Shown: piece by piece, positions 27,459 to 37,308 of the stretch
Position numbering within the stretch: position 1 is the first letter of the stretch
How the letters are laid out: every line of letters starts with the position of its first letter
Virus record (IMG/VR): IMGVR_UViG_3300020182_000015
Source of the DNA: an uncultured virus (IMG/VR IMGVR_UViG_3300020182_000015)
Lineage: Duplodnaviria > Heunggongvirae > Uroviricota > Caudoviricetes
Reading direction: 5' to 3' (one strand)
DNA length: 64,000 nucleotides
Position numbers and translations under genes: made by a program
The notes under the pieces: generated by a model
The model's database searches: none
What the model was told of the DNA's origin: nothing
What the model saw: the letters and a program-made list of their open reading frames with translations, nothing else

Positions 27459-30400
27459 ATGGTAATAACATATTCAGAAAATGCATTTGAAAATCTATAT
27501 CACGATGATTTTAGTGATAGTGCTGGTTTTCAAAGAATTTTATTTAATCCGCGCAAAAGTCTTCAAGCTCGTGAATTAACACAGTTACAAACCATTCTTC
27601 AAAATCAAATTACAAAATTTGGTCAAAATATTTTTAAAGAGGGTGCAGCGGTCAATCCGGGTGGTTTATTTATTAATGATAAATCAGAATTTATTAAATT
27701 ACAAGAAGACACCATTCCTGATGCAGTTGTGCTTAATGAAAAATTTTTAGGTCAAACTTCGAATATTGAATTTCAGTTAATTTCTGCTGAAGCAGCTGCT
27801 GGTGCAGATCCTGCTACAATTTATGTTAGATATACAAATAGTTTATCCGGCACTTCTGGGGCTTCACCTATTACTGTTTTGGCAGGTGAAACTTTAGTTG
27901 GCCAAACATCTGGTACTATTTTAACAGTACAAGCAACAAATACAATTGCTAATCCAGCTGTTGGCCTTGGAGTAAAAGTTTCTTCTAATGCCGGAAGTTT
28001 TTTTACACAAGGATTTTTTGTATACGCGCCTGCCCAAACTTTAATTGTTTCAAAATATAATAGAAATGCCACATTAGAAATTGGTTATAAAGTTATTGAA
28101 GATATTGTAACTGCTGATGATGATTCTTCTCTTTTCGATAATACTGGAGCAGTACCAAACCTAACAGCGCCTGGTGCTGATAGATTTAGAATTAGATTAA
28201 TATTAATTGATAAAGCAAATATTGTAAATGGAGAAACATTTGTTTCTCTTGGAAAAATTGTTAATTCTAATCTTGTTAATTTAAATACTGGCTCTAACCA
28301 ATATAATAAAATTAATGATTTATTAGCAACAAGAACAAACGAAGAATCCGGCGATTATTTAGTAACTCCATTTAATTTGGCATATGACTCAGCAACATCT
28401 TCTACATTAAAGCTTACTGTAAGTAACGGGACTGCTTATGTGAATGGTTATAGAGCAGAAAATCCTACTCCATCATTTATTACGGTTAATAGGGCACAAA
28501 CAGCCGAAACTTTAAATAATAGCTCTATCGGTGTTGAATATGGCGATTTTGTAATTATTTCACAATTAACTGGTGTACCAGATATTGAATTTTATTCAGA
28601 AATAAACTTGGTATCGAGTGTTGATGGGCTTGCTTCAAATGCAATTGGTACTGCTCGAGTAAGATCTATTGATAAAGTTGGTGATGGCACATATAGATGT
28701 TATATTTTTGATCTTAAAATGAATACTAATCAGAGCTTTAGAAATGTTAGATCTATTGCTTCAGCTGATGCATCTTTCCTTGGTGTTATACAGTTATCAG
28801 AGGGTATTGCTAAAAGAAATAATACTAACCTTGCTAATTTATTATTTCCATTACCTAGAACAAGGCCGCAAGAATTATCCGATATTTCTATGCAAGTCCA
28901 GCGAAAATTTACCGGTACAACCGACGCCACTGGACAAGCAATTATTAGTTTGAGTGATGTTAATGAATCATTCACAAATGCAAATGATTGGATTATTTCT
29001 GTAAACGGTGTAATTGATACAAGTGTAGTAATTAGCGGTGGTAATACTTCACAAGCTATAATTTCTGGATTAGCTGCAACACAAACCTTTAATATTTTGG
29101 CCTATGTAGCAAAATCATCAGCTACCGCAAAAACAAAAAGTTTAACAAATTTAACACAAGCTATTACTTTAAATGCCGCAGATTCTGCTGGTATTGTATA
29201 TGGAAGTGTTGGCGTAGCTGACGTTTTTGAATTTACTAGCATAACTCAAGATAGTGCAAACGGACCAGATATTAGCTCATCGTTTATTACCGATAATGGG
29301 CAAAGAGATACTCACTATGGTACAAGTAGAATTCGGTTAAAAACTGGAAAAACAAATCCAATTACAGTTTATGTTAAAGTTAAATATTTCCAGCACTCAA
29401 CCAATGGCGATTTTTATAGTATTAATTCATATAGCGGGATTGATTATGCCGATATTCCTTCTCATGTTACTGCCGATGGCACAATAGTGCAATTAAGAAA
29501 TGTATTAGATTTTAGACCAGTTGCTGACATAAACGGAAATTATAATACTAATACATCACGTATTAATGAATTACCACAAAATACCGATAATATATTGGCT
29601 GATATTAATTATTATCAATCAAGATGGGATAAAATTGTAATTAATGAAAATGGACAAATTACCAATTTAAGTGGTGAACCATCATTAACACCAAATTTCC
29701 CAGTAACACCGGAAAATTGCTTAGAACTTTATAGAGTTAAATTAAACCCATATACGTTAGATAATACTGATATTAGTGTTACAAAAATTGACACTAAGGG
29801 TTATACAATGTCAGAGATTGCTGGTATTGAAAAAAGAATTGAAAGACTTGAGGAAACAACTGCGCTTAGCCTTCTTGAATTAGATACTAATAATTTGGCA
29901 GTTTATGATTCTGCTGGTAATGATAGAACAAAATCTGGTTATATGGTAGATAACTTTGCAGACTTTTATCATACCGATGATAAATACTCCGAATTTAAAG
30001 CATCTATTGATCCACAAAATTATAAATTGCGGCCAGCATATTATAGCGATAATATTGGTTTGCAATATGATTCTGATAATTCAACAAATACAATCCTTAA
30101 AGGCGATAACATTTATATCAAGTATGCCCATACACCATTTTTATCGCAGCTTCAAGCATCAAGAACAGAAAACGTTAACCCATTTGCGGCATACCAATTT
30201 AATGGTAATTTAAAACTTTCGCCGGCTTCGGACGAATGGAAAGATGTGCGTAGACTTGCGGATAAAGTAATTAGTGGTGGTACATTGTTAAATGGTAGAC
30301 AATTAGACCAATGGAATGAATGGCAATGGGCCTGGGGCGGTTCACAAATTTCTGGATTGCAAAGAGGCGATACTGTAGAAACAAGTCCAAGAACGACATC

Positions 30401-32555
30401 ATCATCCACCAGCACACAAAGATCGGGTAATGAATTACTCACAATTAGAACTACTAGTGCAACAGCAATAGTACAAAGAGTAGTATCATCAGAAACTATT
30501 CGTGAAGTTGTTGCGGATCGTGTGGTAGATGTTGCGCTTTTACCATATATTAGATCAAGAAAAGTATTCTTTAAGGGAGAAGGTCTTCGTCCTAATGTTA
30601 AAATTATTCCATATTTTGACGGAATTGATGTCAGTGCCTGGTGTAAAGAAGAGACGTTTAAAAACTTTTCAACAAATAAAACCGAATATGGTAATACTCA
30701 AAATTCATTAACTGGTCATCCAGAGACTGCGTCAAATTTATTCAGTGATGCTGAAGGTAGATGCCAAGGTTCATTCTTTATTCCTAATACATCAACCATT
30801 AGTTTTAGATCAGGTACTCGCGAATTTACTCTTTTAGATATTACTTCGTATGATCCCCAAAATTCATCAACAGTTGCTGTAGCAAATTATGACGCTAAGG
30901 GTTTACTAGAAACTAAACAAAGAACAGTAAAATCTACTCGCAGTATACAAATTATCACCCAGCGTGAAAATGTTGAGACCAATAGAACAATTACTGGGCG
31001 TCAAACTGTTCGACAAAGAGATCCAATTGCTCAATCATTCTTTATTGAAAATGCTGAAGGATTGTTTATTTCGAAAGTAAGATTATTCTTTGAAAGCAAA
31101 GATGAAACATTACCAGTTCAAATTCAAGTTCGACCAATGGTAAATGGATCGCCCTCTTCTGATGTTATTATTCCTGGTTCTATTGTATCAAAAAATTCAA
31201 CCGAAGTTAATATTTCAGCAAATGCAACAGCTGCAACAGATTTTGAATTTGATGAACCGTTATATTTAGATTCATATAGCGAATATTGTATTGTGGTTAT
31301 ATGTGATACTACCAAATATAATGTTTGGACATCATATATGGGTGATTTTGAATTAGGGTCAACAGCAAGAAGAATTGTTACCCAACCAACATTGGGATCG
31401 TTCTTTAAATCTCAAAACTCTTCTACATGGGAACCAGCACAGTTACAAGATTTGAAAATGGAATTATTTAGATGCGCATTTTCTGGCACAACAGGAACTG
31501 CACAATTATATAATAGTAATTTACCAAATGAATTATTAGAAAAAGATCCATTTGAAATGACTGCTGCTAGTAATTATATTTTAGTGCATCATAAAAACCA
31601 TGGATTTACCATTGGGGATAAAGTAACAATTTCGGGAGTTACCGGGACTATTAATGGTATTCCAGCAAGTGAATTAAATACTACTCATACTATAAGTAAT
31701 TTTAATGATCAAGAAGCAATTGATTCATATTATATTCAAGTAGCAACAGCTTCTATATCAACAAAATCAGCTGGTGGTACCACTGTACAAGCTACTAAGA
31801 ATATGATTATTAATGTTATTAATCCGTCTATTGAAGTATTATTGCCACAATATACAAATATAACATTAAAGGGCAAATTCCTTTCTGGTAAATCTATTGC
31901 TGGTAGTGAAGTGCCATATCAACAAGATACAACATTTGAGCAATTGCAATTCAAAGAAAATACTTATTTTAATGTACCAAAAGTAGTAGCCAATACTGCA
32001 AAAGAAACTACATTAGGAACTAGCTCTATAATTTTACAATCAACTATGACTACCGATAATAATTTTGTAGCGCCAGTTATTGATTTACAGCGCGCCTCAA
32101 TAATAGGAATTTCAAATAGAATTGAAAATCAATCTAATGCTATTTCAGCGGGTTTCAATATTCCACATCAATATATTAATGAAACTGATCCTAACGAAGG
32201 TAGTTCACCAACAAAACATGTTACAAAACCAGTAACACTAATTAATGATGCTGTTGGATTGAAAATCCTATTGGGGGCAAATAAACCTCGAGGAGCAGAC
32301 TTTAAAGTATATTGGAGAACATGCGAAGTAAGTGAAAACATTTATGACTTTGCATGGGCATTAGTAACACCTGAAGGACCACAGGCTTCAGATGAAAATC
32401 CAGAGGTATTTAGAGATTATAGATATCTTGTAGGTGGCGATGGTGGTACTATGGATGCGTTTACAAAATTTCAAGTCAAAATAGTATTTACATCAAATAA
32501 TAGTTCAAAAGTGCCAACTATTAAAGATCTACGACTTATTGCATTGGGTATTTAA
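27459..32555 (+). CDS. Large virion structural protein (DUF4815-like)
   Basis: YHDDF...RILFNP...LQARELTQLQTILQNQI, APGADR, RTNEESGDY, GTAYVNGY, VNPFA, DPIAQSF, VPTIKDLRLIAL. Confidence 0.8.
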   Translation: MVITYSENAFENLYHDDFSDSAGFQRILFNPRKSLQARELTQLQTILQNQITKFGQNIFKEGAAVNPGGLFINDKSEFIKLQEDTIPDAVVLNEKFLGQTSNIEFQLISAEAAAGADPATIYVRYTNSLSGTSGASPITVLAGETLVGQTSGTILTVQATNTIANPAVGLGVKVSSNAGSFFTQGFFVYAPAQTLIVSKYNRNATLEIGYKVIEDIVTADDDSSLFDNTGAVPNLTAPGADRFRIRLILIDKANIVNGETFVSLGKIVNSNLVNLNTGSNQYNKINDLLATRTNEESGDYLVTPFNLAYDSATSSTLKLTVSNGTAYVNGYRAENPTPSFITVNRAQTAETLNNSSIGVEYGDFVIISQLTGVPDIEFYSEINLVSSVDGLASNAIGTARVRSIDKVGDGTYRCYIFDLKMNTNQSFRNVRSIASADASFLGVIQLSEGIAKRNNTNLANLLFPLPRTRPQELSDISMQVQRKFTGTTDATGQAIISLSDVNESFTNANDWIISVNGVIDTSVVISGGNTSQAIISGLAATQTFNILAYVAKSSATAKTKSLTNLTQAITLNAADSAGIVYGSVGVADVFEFTSITQDSANGPDISSSFITDNGQRDTHYGTSRIRLKTGKTNPITVYVKVKYFQHSTNGDFYSINSYSGIDYADIPSHVTADGTIVQLRNVLDFRPVADINGNYNTNTSRINELPQNTDNILADINYYQSRWDKIVINENGQITNLSGEPSLTPNFPVTPENCLELYRVKLNPYTLDNTDISVTKIDTKGYTMSEIAGIEKRIERLEETTALSLLELDTNNLAVYDSAGNDRTKSGYMVDNFADFYHTDDKYSEFKASIDPQNYKLRPAYYSDNIGLQYDSDNSTNTILKGDNIYIKYAHTPFLSQLQASRTENVNPFAAYQFNGNLKLSPASDEWKDVRRLADKVISGGTLLNGRQLDQWNEWQWAWGGSQISGLQRGDTVETSPRTTSSSTSTQRSGNELLTIRTTSATAIVQRVVSSETIREVVADRVVDVALLPYIRSRKVFFKGEGLRPNVKIIPYFDGIDVSAWCKEETFKNFSTNKTEYGNTQNSLTGHPETASNLFSDAEGRCQGSFFIPNTSTISFRSGTREFTLLDITSYDPQNSSTVAVANYDAKGLLETKQRTVKSTRSIQIITQRENVETNRTITGRQTVRQRDPIAQSFFIENAEGLFISKVRLFFESKDETLPVQIQVRPMVNGSPSSDVIIPGSIVSKNSTEVNISANATAATDFEFDEPLYLDSYSEYCIVVICDTTKYNVWTSYMGDFELGSTARRIVTQPTLGSFFKSQNSSTWEPAQLQDLKMELFRCAFSGTTGTAQLYNSNLPNELLEKDPFEMTAASNYILVHHKNHGFTIGDKVTISGVTGTINGIPASELNTTHTISNFNDQEAIDSYYIQVATASISTKSAGGTTVQATKNMIINVINPSIEVLLPQYTNITLKGKFLSGKSIAGSEVPYQQDTTFEQLQFKENTYFNVPKVVANTAKETTLGTSSIILQSTMTTDNNFVAPVIDLQRASIIGISNRIENQSNAISAGFNIPHQYINETDPNEGSSPTKHVTKPVTLINDAVGLKILLGANKPRGADFKVYWRTCEVSENIYDFAWALVTPEGPQASDENPEVFRDYRYLVGGDGGTMDAFTKFQVKIVFTSNNSSKVPTIKDLRLIALGI

Positions 32556-32556
32556 G

Positions 32557-32763
32557 ATGTATTTGAAAATAGAAGGCGAACCAAAATTAGTAAAAGATAT
32601 TAAAACTGGCGCGATCCTAAATTTAAATTATCATGATGAAATAGCTAAAATTAAAAAAGCTAAAGCATTAAAAAAAATGCAAGAGAATGAAATAACCGAT
32701 TTAAGAGCAGAAGTAAGCGAAATTAAAGAATTACTTGCTATGCTAATAAGAAAGATTGACTAA
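32557..32763 (+). CDS. Small coiled-coil protein of the T4-like tail region
   Basis: KIEGEPKLVKDIKTGAILN...LRAEVSEIKELL. Confidence 0.75.
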   Translation: MYLKIEGEPKLVKDIKTGAILNLNYHDEIAKIKKAKALKKMQENEITDLRAEVSEIKELLAMLIRKID

Positions 32764-33008
32764 TGGCTAGAAAATATTACGTAGATTTAAGTGATACCAT
32801 TGCTGCATGGCGTGGTAAAACTAATTTAATTTCTGAAAATATTGGTGATTTAGATAATCTTACCTGGAGTGATGATAGCGATGTTGTTGCGGCACTGAAT
32901 AGTCTCTATGCATTGAGTGGTCCTAGAACCGAAAGGTTATTAATTTTAGATGCAAGTGGGACAGTTGTTAAATCCATATATGGTTATGCTGATTCTGGAG
33001 TTAGCTGA
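32763..33008 (+). CDS. Small structural protein with fibre-type N-terminus
   Basis: VDLSDTIAAWRGKTNLISENIGDLDNL; TAATG coupling with the upstream gene. Confidence 0.65.
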   Translation: MARKYYVDLSDTIAAWRGKTNLISENIGDLDNLTWSDDSDVVAALNSLYALSGPRTERLLILDASGTVVKSIYGYADSGVS

Positions 33009-33010
33009 TC

Positions 33011-34000
33011 GTGGCTATACATAGACCATTAACTTATGATAATACTGGTGGCGTGCTGCGCCAGATGACTGATGCAGAGTTAACAGCTTTACGTCTAAAA
33101 GCTATCTATACATATGGTTTAAATCCATCAGTTGTTCTTTCTCGTGTAGGTACAGGTGGTAATTTAGGTTCAATATACGATACAAGATCAATAGTAAATG
33201 GGTATGCTGCAGATTCTGATGGTGCACCACCGGTTACAATAAAAACCATAGAATTTTCTAATATTAATCAAACAGTACAAAGTGAATTAGCAGTTAATAA
33301 CGCGTCACTTAAAGAATATCCAGTCTATTTAAATAATAGTGGTGATATTGCTGCAATGACAGATATTGATTTTTATGATACAATTATTTTACCAGCAATT
33401 GATATTTTAACAAGTGGAAATACAACTTCTCAACAGCCCGGCACATATTTTATTTCAGCTACTAATAATGTTGCTGGTGCAACTTTAGTTGACCCTCTAC
33501 CTATTTACATAGATACTCGAGCTGACCTTAATTATTTCCGAAATGACGATTATGATTACGATTATGATTACGATTATGAATACGATTATGAATATTGCGG
33601 GCCATATGAAAACGATAGACCAATTCAAATTCAACAATTTTATTTGCACCGAATAGATGCAAATGCTGGAATTTTAGCACCAATTTCTTATCCGCTTTAT
33701 ATTACTGATAATAATAATTTAAAAATTTATGGAGCTAACGAATTAAATACACTATTAGAAAAAAGTATTAGATATACTGCTTCTGCAAATTCAGCCGGAT
33801 TAATTAGATATTCATATACAGATGGCAATACAAGAGGTAGTGCTATGTCAAATACAGTGTATTCGGGTTCTGGGTTTAAAGATTGGGCAATTGCTGATCT
33901 CTGTATTCCCGGAGATTACGATTATGATATTGTTCAGCAAGTTCCGGCTGGACCTGTCACAACAGCGAACATATATAATTTAAGGATCAAAAAAGGATAG
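33011..34000 (+). CDS. Putative structural protein with an (Asp/Glu-Tyr)n tract
   Basis: 329 aa, GTG start with GGAG RBS; DDYDYDYDYDYEYDYEY at 33545-33595. Confidence 0.7.
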   Translation: MAIHRPLTYDNTGGVLRQMTDAELTALRLKAIYTYGLNPSVVLSRVGTGGNLGSIYDTRSIVNGYAADSDGAPPVTIKTIEFSNINQTVQSELAVNNASLKEYPVYLNNSGDIAAMTDIDFYDTIILPAIDILTSGNTTSQQPGTYFISATNNVAGATLVDPLPIYIDTRADLNYFRNDDYDYDYDYDYEYDYEYCGPYENDRPIQIQQFYLHRIDANAGILAPISYPLYITDNNNLKIYGANELNTLLEKSIRYTASANSAGLIRYSYTDGNTRGSAMSNTVYSGSGFKDWAIADLCIPGDYDYDIVQQVPAGPVTTANIYNLRIKKG

Positions 34001-34008
34001 AATGAAAT

Positions 34009-34554
34009 ATGACGACATTTGTTAATGGTTTTAAAACCGCGAAATTTATTAATCCTCCAAAAAATACTTTAATAGAAATTATATATGAATCAAACAATAA
34101 AGATTCATCATATCTTATTGATGTGGATCATGAGCATCCAGATTTTAAAGCTTTAATGGAATTAGTATCTCTTGAAGATATTGAAAAGGCCACATATAAT
34201 AAGCCAACTGTGCATATTTCAGAATCTATTCCTATTGCAAAAATTAGTAAAGAATCAATTAAAAATATTGAAATTATTAATAATACAGCTGAAATTATTG
34301 AGATAGTTCCAGATGAGGCACCGGTTAAACCTGCTTATATTCCAAGACAAAAAAAGAACAGGCAAGTTGAAGTACAAGCAGTAAATGATGCCATACAAAT
34401 GCTAATGGATAATCGATATGATGAAGGTATTATTTTTCCATTAAAAGTAAAATTATTTAAAAATGAAAAAATAATTAATTCTGGATTAAAAAGAGATATT
34501 GAAGAAAGTAAAGATTTGATGCATCTTGTATCAATTATGCAATACTTGGATTAA
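34009..34554 (+). CDS. Hypothetical protein
   Basis: 181 aa ORF with AAGGA RBS, co-oriented in the operon. Confidence 0.7.
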   Translation: MTTFVNGFKTAKFINPPKNTLIEIIYESNNKDSSYLIDVDHEHPDFKALMELVSLEDIEKATYNKPTVHISESIPIAKISKESIKNIEIINNTAEIIEIVPDEAPVKPAYIPRQKKNRQVEVQAVNDAIQMLMDNRYDEGIIFPLKVKLFKNEKIINSGLKRDIEESKDLMHLVSIMQYLD

Positions 34555-34557
34555 ATT

Positions 34558-35322
34558 ATGAGTAAAAATAAAATTGTTTACTTGCAATGGGGTGATAGAT
34601 ATACTCAAGAGCATGTAGATCGATTATATGATCAAATCAATAAAAATTGTTCAGTAGATTTTGACTTTATGACGGTACAAGGCTGTCATGAAGGCGCTGC
34701 CTTTGATCAAATGCAATCTTTACAAAAAAAATATTATAGAGGTGATTTGGACGTAGACTCATCTATAACCGAAAATTCATCCGATACATATGTTCGTGAA
34801 GATGCCGGTGGTCTTGCACACTTTCGTAAATTTATTTTATTCATGCGAGACGACGATGATAGATATTTTGATAAAGATGACACTATATTATATGTTGATT
34901 TAGATACACTTATTACAAACGATCTATCATATTTTTTCGATTTAGATAATTCTAAACCTTGGATTGCACGCAGCTGGCAGTTTAATAAAGATAGTAAATG
35001 GAAAAGATTATATAATTTAAGAAGTTGTCCATATTTCAATAGTTCTGTTATGGTATGGAAACCCGGGCAATGTAGAAAAATATTTAATCAGCTTACAAAT
35101 CCAGTCAAAATAGAAGCATCATTTTTTCAATACGGAGTAAATGATAATTGGTTATTTCATAGATTTGGTCCAATGGCATATAGTAAAGATGATAGAAATT
35201 TTTTTAATCATTTTGATAAAGACATTGTAGTGTCAGACCCAAGTTATATGACAAATAATACTAAAATCCATACATTAGCAGGCCTTTCTATGAATGAAAA
35301 GAATAAAATATGTTTGAATTAA
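34558..35322 (+). CDS. GT-A fold glycosyltransferase (xWG..Y type)
   Basis: LQWGDRY, ILYVDLDTLI, FNSSVMVW, NDNWL. Confidence 0.82.
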   Translation: MSKNKIVYLQWGDRYTQEHVDRLYDQINKNCSVDFDFMTVQGCHEGAAFDQMQSLQKKYYRGDLDVDSSITENSSDTYVREDAGGLAHFRKFILFMRDDDDRYFDKDDTILYVDLDTLITNDLSYFFDLDNSKPWIARSWQFNKDSKWKRLYNLRSCPYFNSSVMVWKPGQCRKIFNQLTNPVKIEASFFQYGVNDNWLFHRFGPMAYSKDDRNFFNHFDKDIVVSDPSYMTNNTKIHTLAGLSMNEKNKICLN

Positions 35323-35924
35323 ATGATAGCTTAATATCATGTTTAGCATATATTGATTCTAACATGCCTTATAGAAAAAAAGATTTTTATGATTCAATTA
35401 AGCCCCAAGCATTACAAGCAAAGTTTTGGTTAGCTGAAGAATATAATAAAATTTATAAAGAACAGCGCACCGCAAATATTATTGGTGCAGGCTTTGTAAT
35501 GTTTAATGATTATTTTTTAAAGATAATGAATATAGATAATATTGTATATTATGATTTAGATAAAGAAGCATTATCGTTGAATTGGCATGCATTAAAAAAA
35601 ATACGCGAAGAAAAATTAATTTCACAAAAATGTTTAGATGTATTTTTAGATTATGAATATGTACGCAATGATTTATATAATGGAGTTGTTATAAATTATT
35701 CCTGTGAATCTATGTTTTATATGAAAAATTATATAGATATTACAAATTATCCAGCTAATACCGTATACTGTTTTATGGGATCTTCTTCCTTTAAAAGAGG
35801 AAATATTAATGTATCGAATAGCCTGGAAGATTTCATAGAAAAAAGCGGGTTAATTAATATTAATTATTCTGGGGAAAAATCTTTTGGAGATGAAACAAAA
35901 TATTTGGTAATTGGTACTACATAA
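35310..35924 (+). CDS. Class I SAM-dependent methyltransferase-like protein
   Basis: KFWL, IIGAGF, YDLD, VINYSCE, C-terminal YLVIG; paralog of 38935-39552. Confidence 0.65.
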   Translation: MFELNDSLISCLAYIDSNMPYRKKDFYDSIKPQALQAKFWLAEEYNKIYKEQRTANIIGAGFVMFNDYFLKIMNIDNIVYYDLDKEALSLNWHALKKIREEKLISQKCLDVFLDYEYVRNDLYNGVVINYSCESMFYMKNYIDITNYPANTVYCFMGSSSFKRGNINVSNSLEDFIEKSGLININYSGEKSFGDETKYLVIGTT

Positions 35925-35955
35925 TGTATCTCCCCTTTCATAAAAGCTACTCTTT

Positions 35956-35984
35956 ATTATACACTCGTTTTGACAATTTGTCAA
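35956..35984 (-). promoter_or_regulatory. Perfect-consensus sigma70 promoter on the minus strand
   Basis: TTGACA (35984-35979)-17 bp-TATAAT (35961-35956), followed by GGGGAG and ATG-TAG. Confidence 0.8.
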
Positions 35985-36017
35985 CCCCCTAAATATAAAA
36001 AAATTAACATTTTAGCA

Positions 36018-36046
36018 TTTACTATTGTACTTTCTTATGATATAAT
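36018..36046 (+). promoter_or_regulatory. Sigma70-type promoter for the QueC-like gene and downstream transferases
   Basis: TTTACT-17 bp-TATAAT with extended TG. Confidence 0.72.
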
Positions 36047-36070
36047 AAGTTATATAATGAAAGAAGAATT

Positions 36071-36751
36071 ATGAAATTTTTAACTGGCCCTACATGGGAT
36101 GAAAGAGTAATTGATTTAAATCCTGCTTCTAAGATAGGAATTTTAGTTTCATCTGGTGTGGATAGTACTACCCTTTTAAAACTTATTTGGGATAACTTTA
36201 AAGATATTAATATAAGACTTTTTAATGTTCAAACAAGTGAAAACCCAGCAAAACCCACAATACAAAAAATTTTAGATCAACTTGAAATTCCACTAGAACT
36301 TGAAATTGTTGGCAAGTCTAGATGGAATTGGCCTATGCATGCCCATTATCCTAGATTATGTAAAGCATTTCAAGAAATACGAGATACTACTGATTGCGAA
36401 GAACTTTATTGCGGAAATATTCTTCCACCTCATCCACAATGGTTTCCTAGATGGGATGTGAAACAAAAAGGAATAGCTAAAAGACCTTGGGTGACCAACG
36501 ATAAATTTTTAAAAAATCCATTTGAACATTTAGAAAAATATCATGTACTGGATATAGGAGTAAGAAACAATTTTGAACAAATTTATCAACAAACAATTTC
36601 GTGTAATATTCATGCAGAAATTCCGTGTAATGATTGTATGGGGTGCTGTGAATTAAAATGGGGGTGGGAACAACTTTCATCAAAGGTTGGTACTAATCTT
36701 GATGAAATGACAAAAGACGCAATGATAAAATATGGGAATATAGGATGGTAA
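36071..36751 (+). CDS. QueC-like PP-loop ATP pyrophosphatase
   Basis: ILVSSGVDST PP-loop; NPFEHLEK; TISC......PCNDCMGC.E..W zinc-binding C-terminus. Confidence 0.78.
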   Translation: MKFLTGPTWDERVIDLNPASKIGILVSSGVDSTTLLKLIWDNFKDINIRLFNVQTSENPAKPTIQKILDQLEIPLELEIVGKSRWNWPMHAHYPRLCKAFQEIRDTTDCEELYCGNILPPHPQWFPRWDVKQKGIAKRPWVTNDKFLKNPFEHLEKYHVLDIGVRNNFEQIYQQTISCNIHAEIPCNDCMGCCELKWGWEQLSSKVGTNLDEMTKDAMIKYGNIGW

Positions 36752-37308
36752 ATATAACTAATATAGACAAAGCATATGATGATGCTGCAGTTTGGTACGA
36801 AGAAAAATATGTTAATGGCGGTTGGGAAAATAATATTTACATGAAAGACGAAAAAGACGCATGGCAGTATTGGTCAATGTTAAATTTGTCTGGAAAAATA
36901 GTATCTTTGGGATGTGGATCTGGTCAAGACATTCCTATCCTTGATATGCCAAATCCAAATAATTTTGAGGGGTATGATATATCCCAAGGTATGCTAGATA
37001 ATGCAAAAATAAAATTTCCAGATTATAGCTTTACTCATCATGATTGTAATAAGATGATCGATACTAATGCTGATATTTTGGTAAGTATATTTGGAACAGC
37101 TAATTATTTAGGTATTGATACACTTTTGCAACATTACAACCATATGAATTGTAAGCATGCTTTTTTTGTTTTTTATGATGAAAATTATGTTGATGGTATT
37201 ATTGACACTTATTATAGGTATACTAAAGAACAATTAGAAAAAGCATTTGAGCAGTTTAATCCAGATGTTCGTAAATTAAATAATAATTACTATATTGTAG
37301 CCTGGTAA
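36745..37308 (+). CDS. Class I SAM-dependent methyltransferase
   Basis: VSLGCGSG motif I, GYDISQGMLDNAKIKFP. Confidence 0.88.
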   Translation: MVNITNIDKAYDDAAVWYEEKYVNGGWENNIYMKDEKDAWQYWSMLNLSGKIVSLGCGSGQDIPILDMPNPNNFEGYDISQGMLDNAKIKFPDYSFTHHDCNKMIDTNADILVSIFGTANYLGIDTLLQHYNHMNCKHAFFVFYDENYVDGIIDTYYRYTKEQLEKAFEQFNPDVRKLNNNYYIVAW

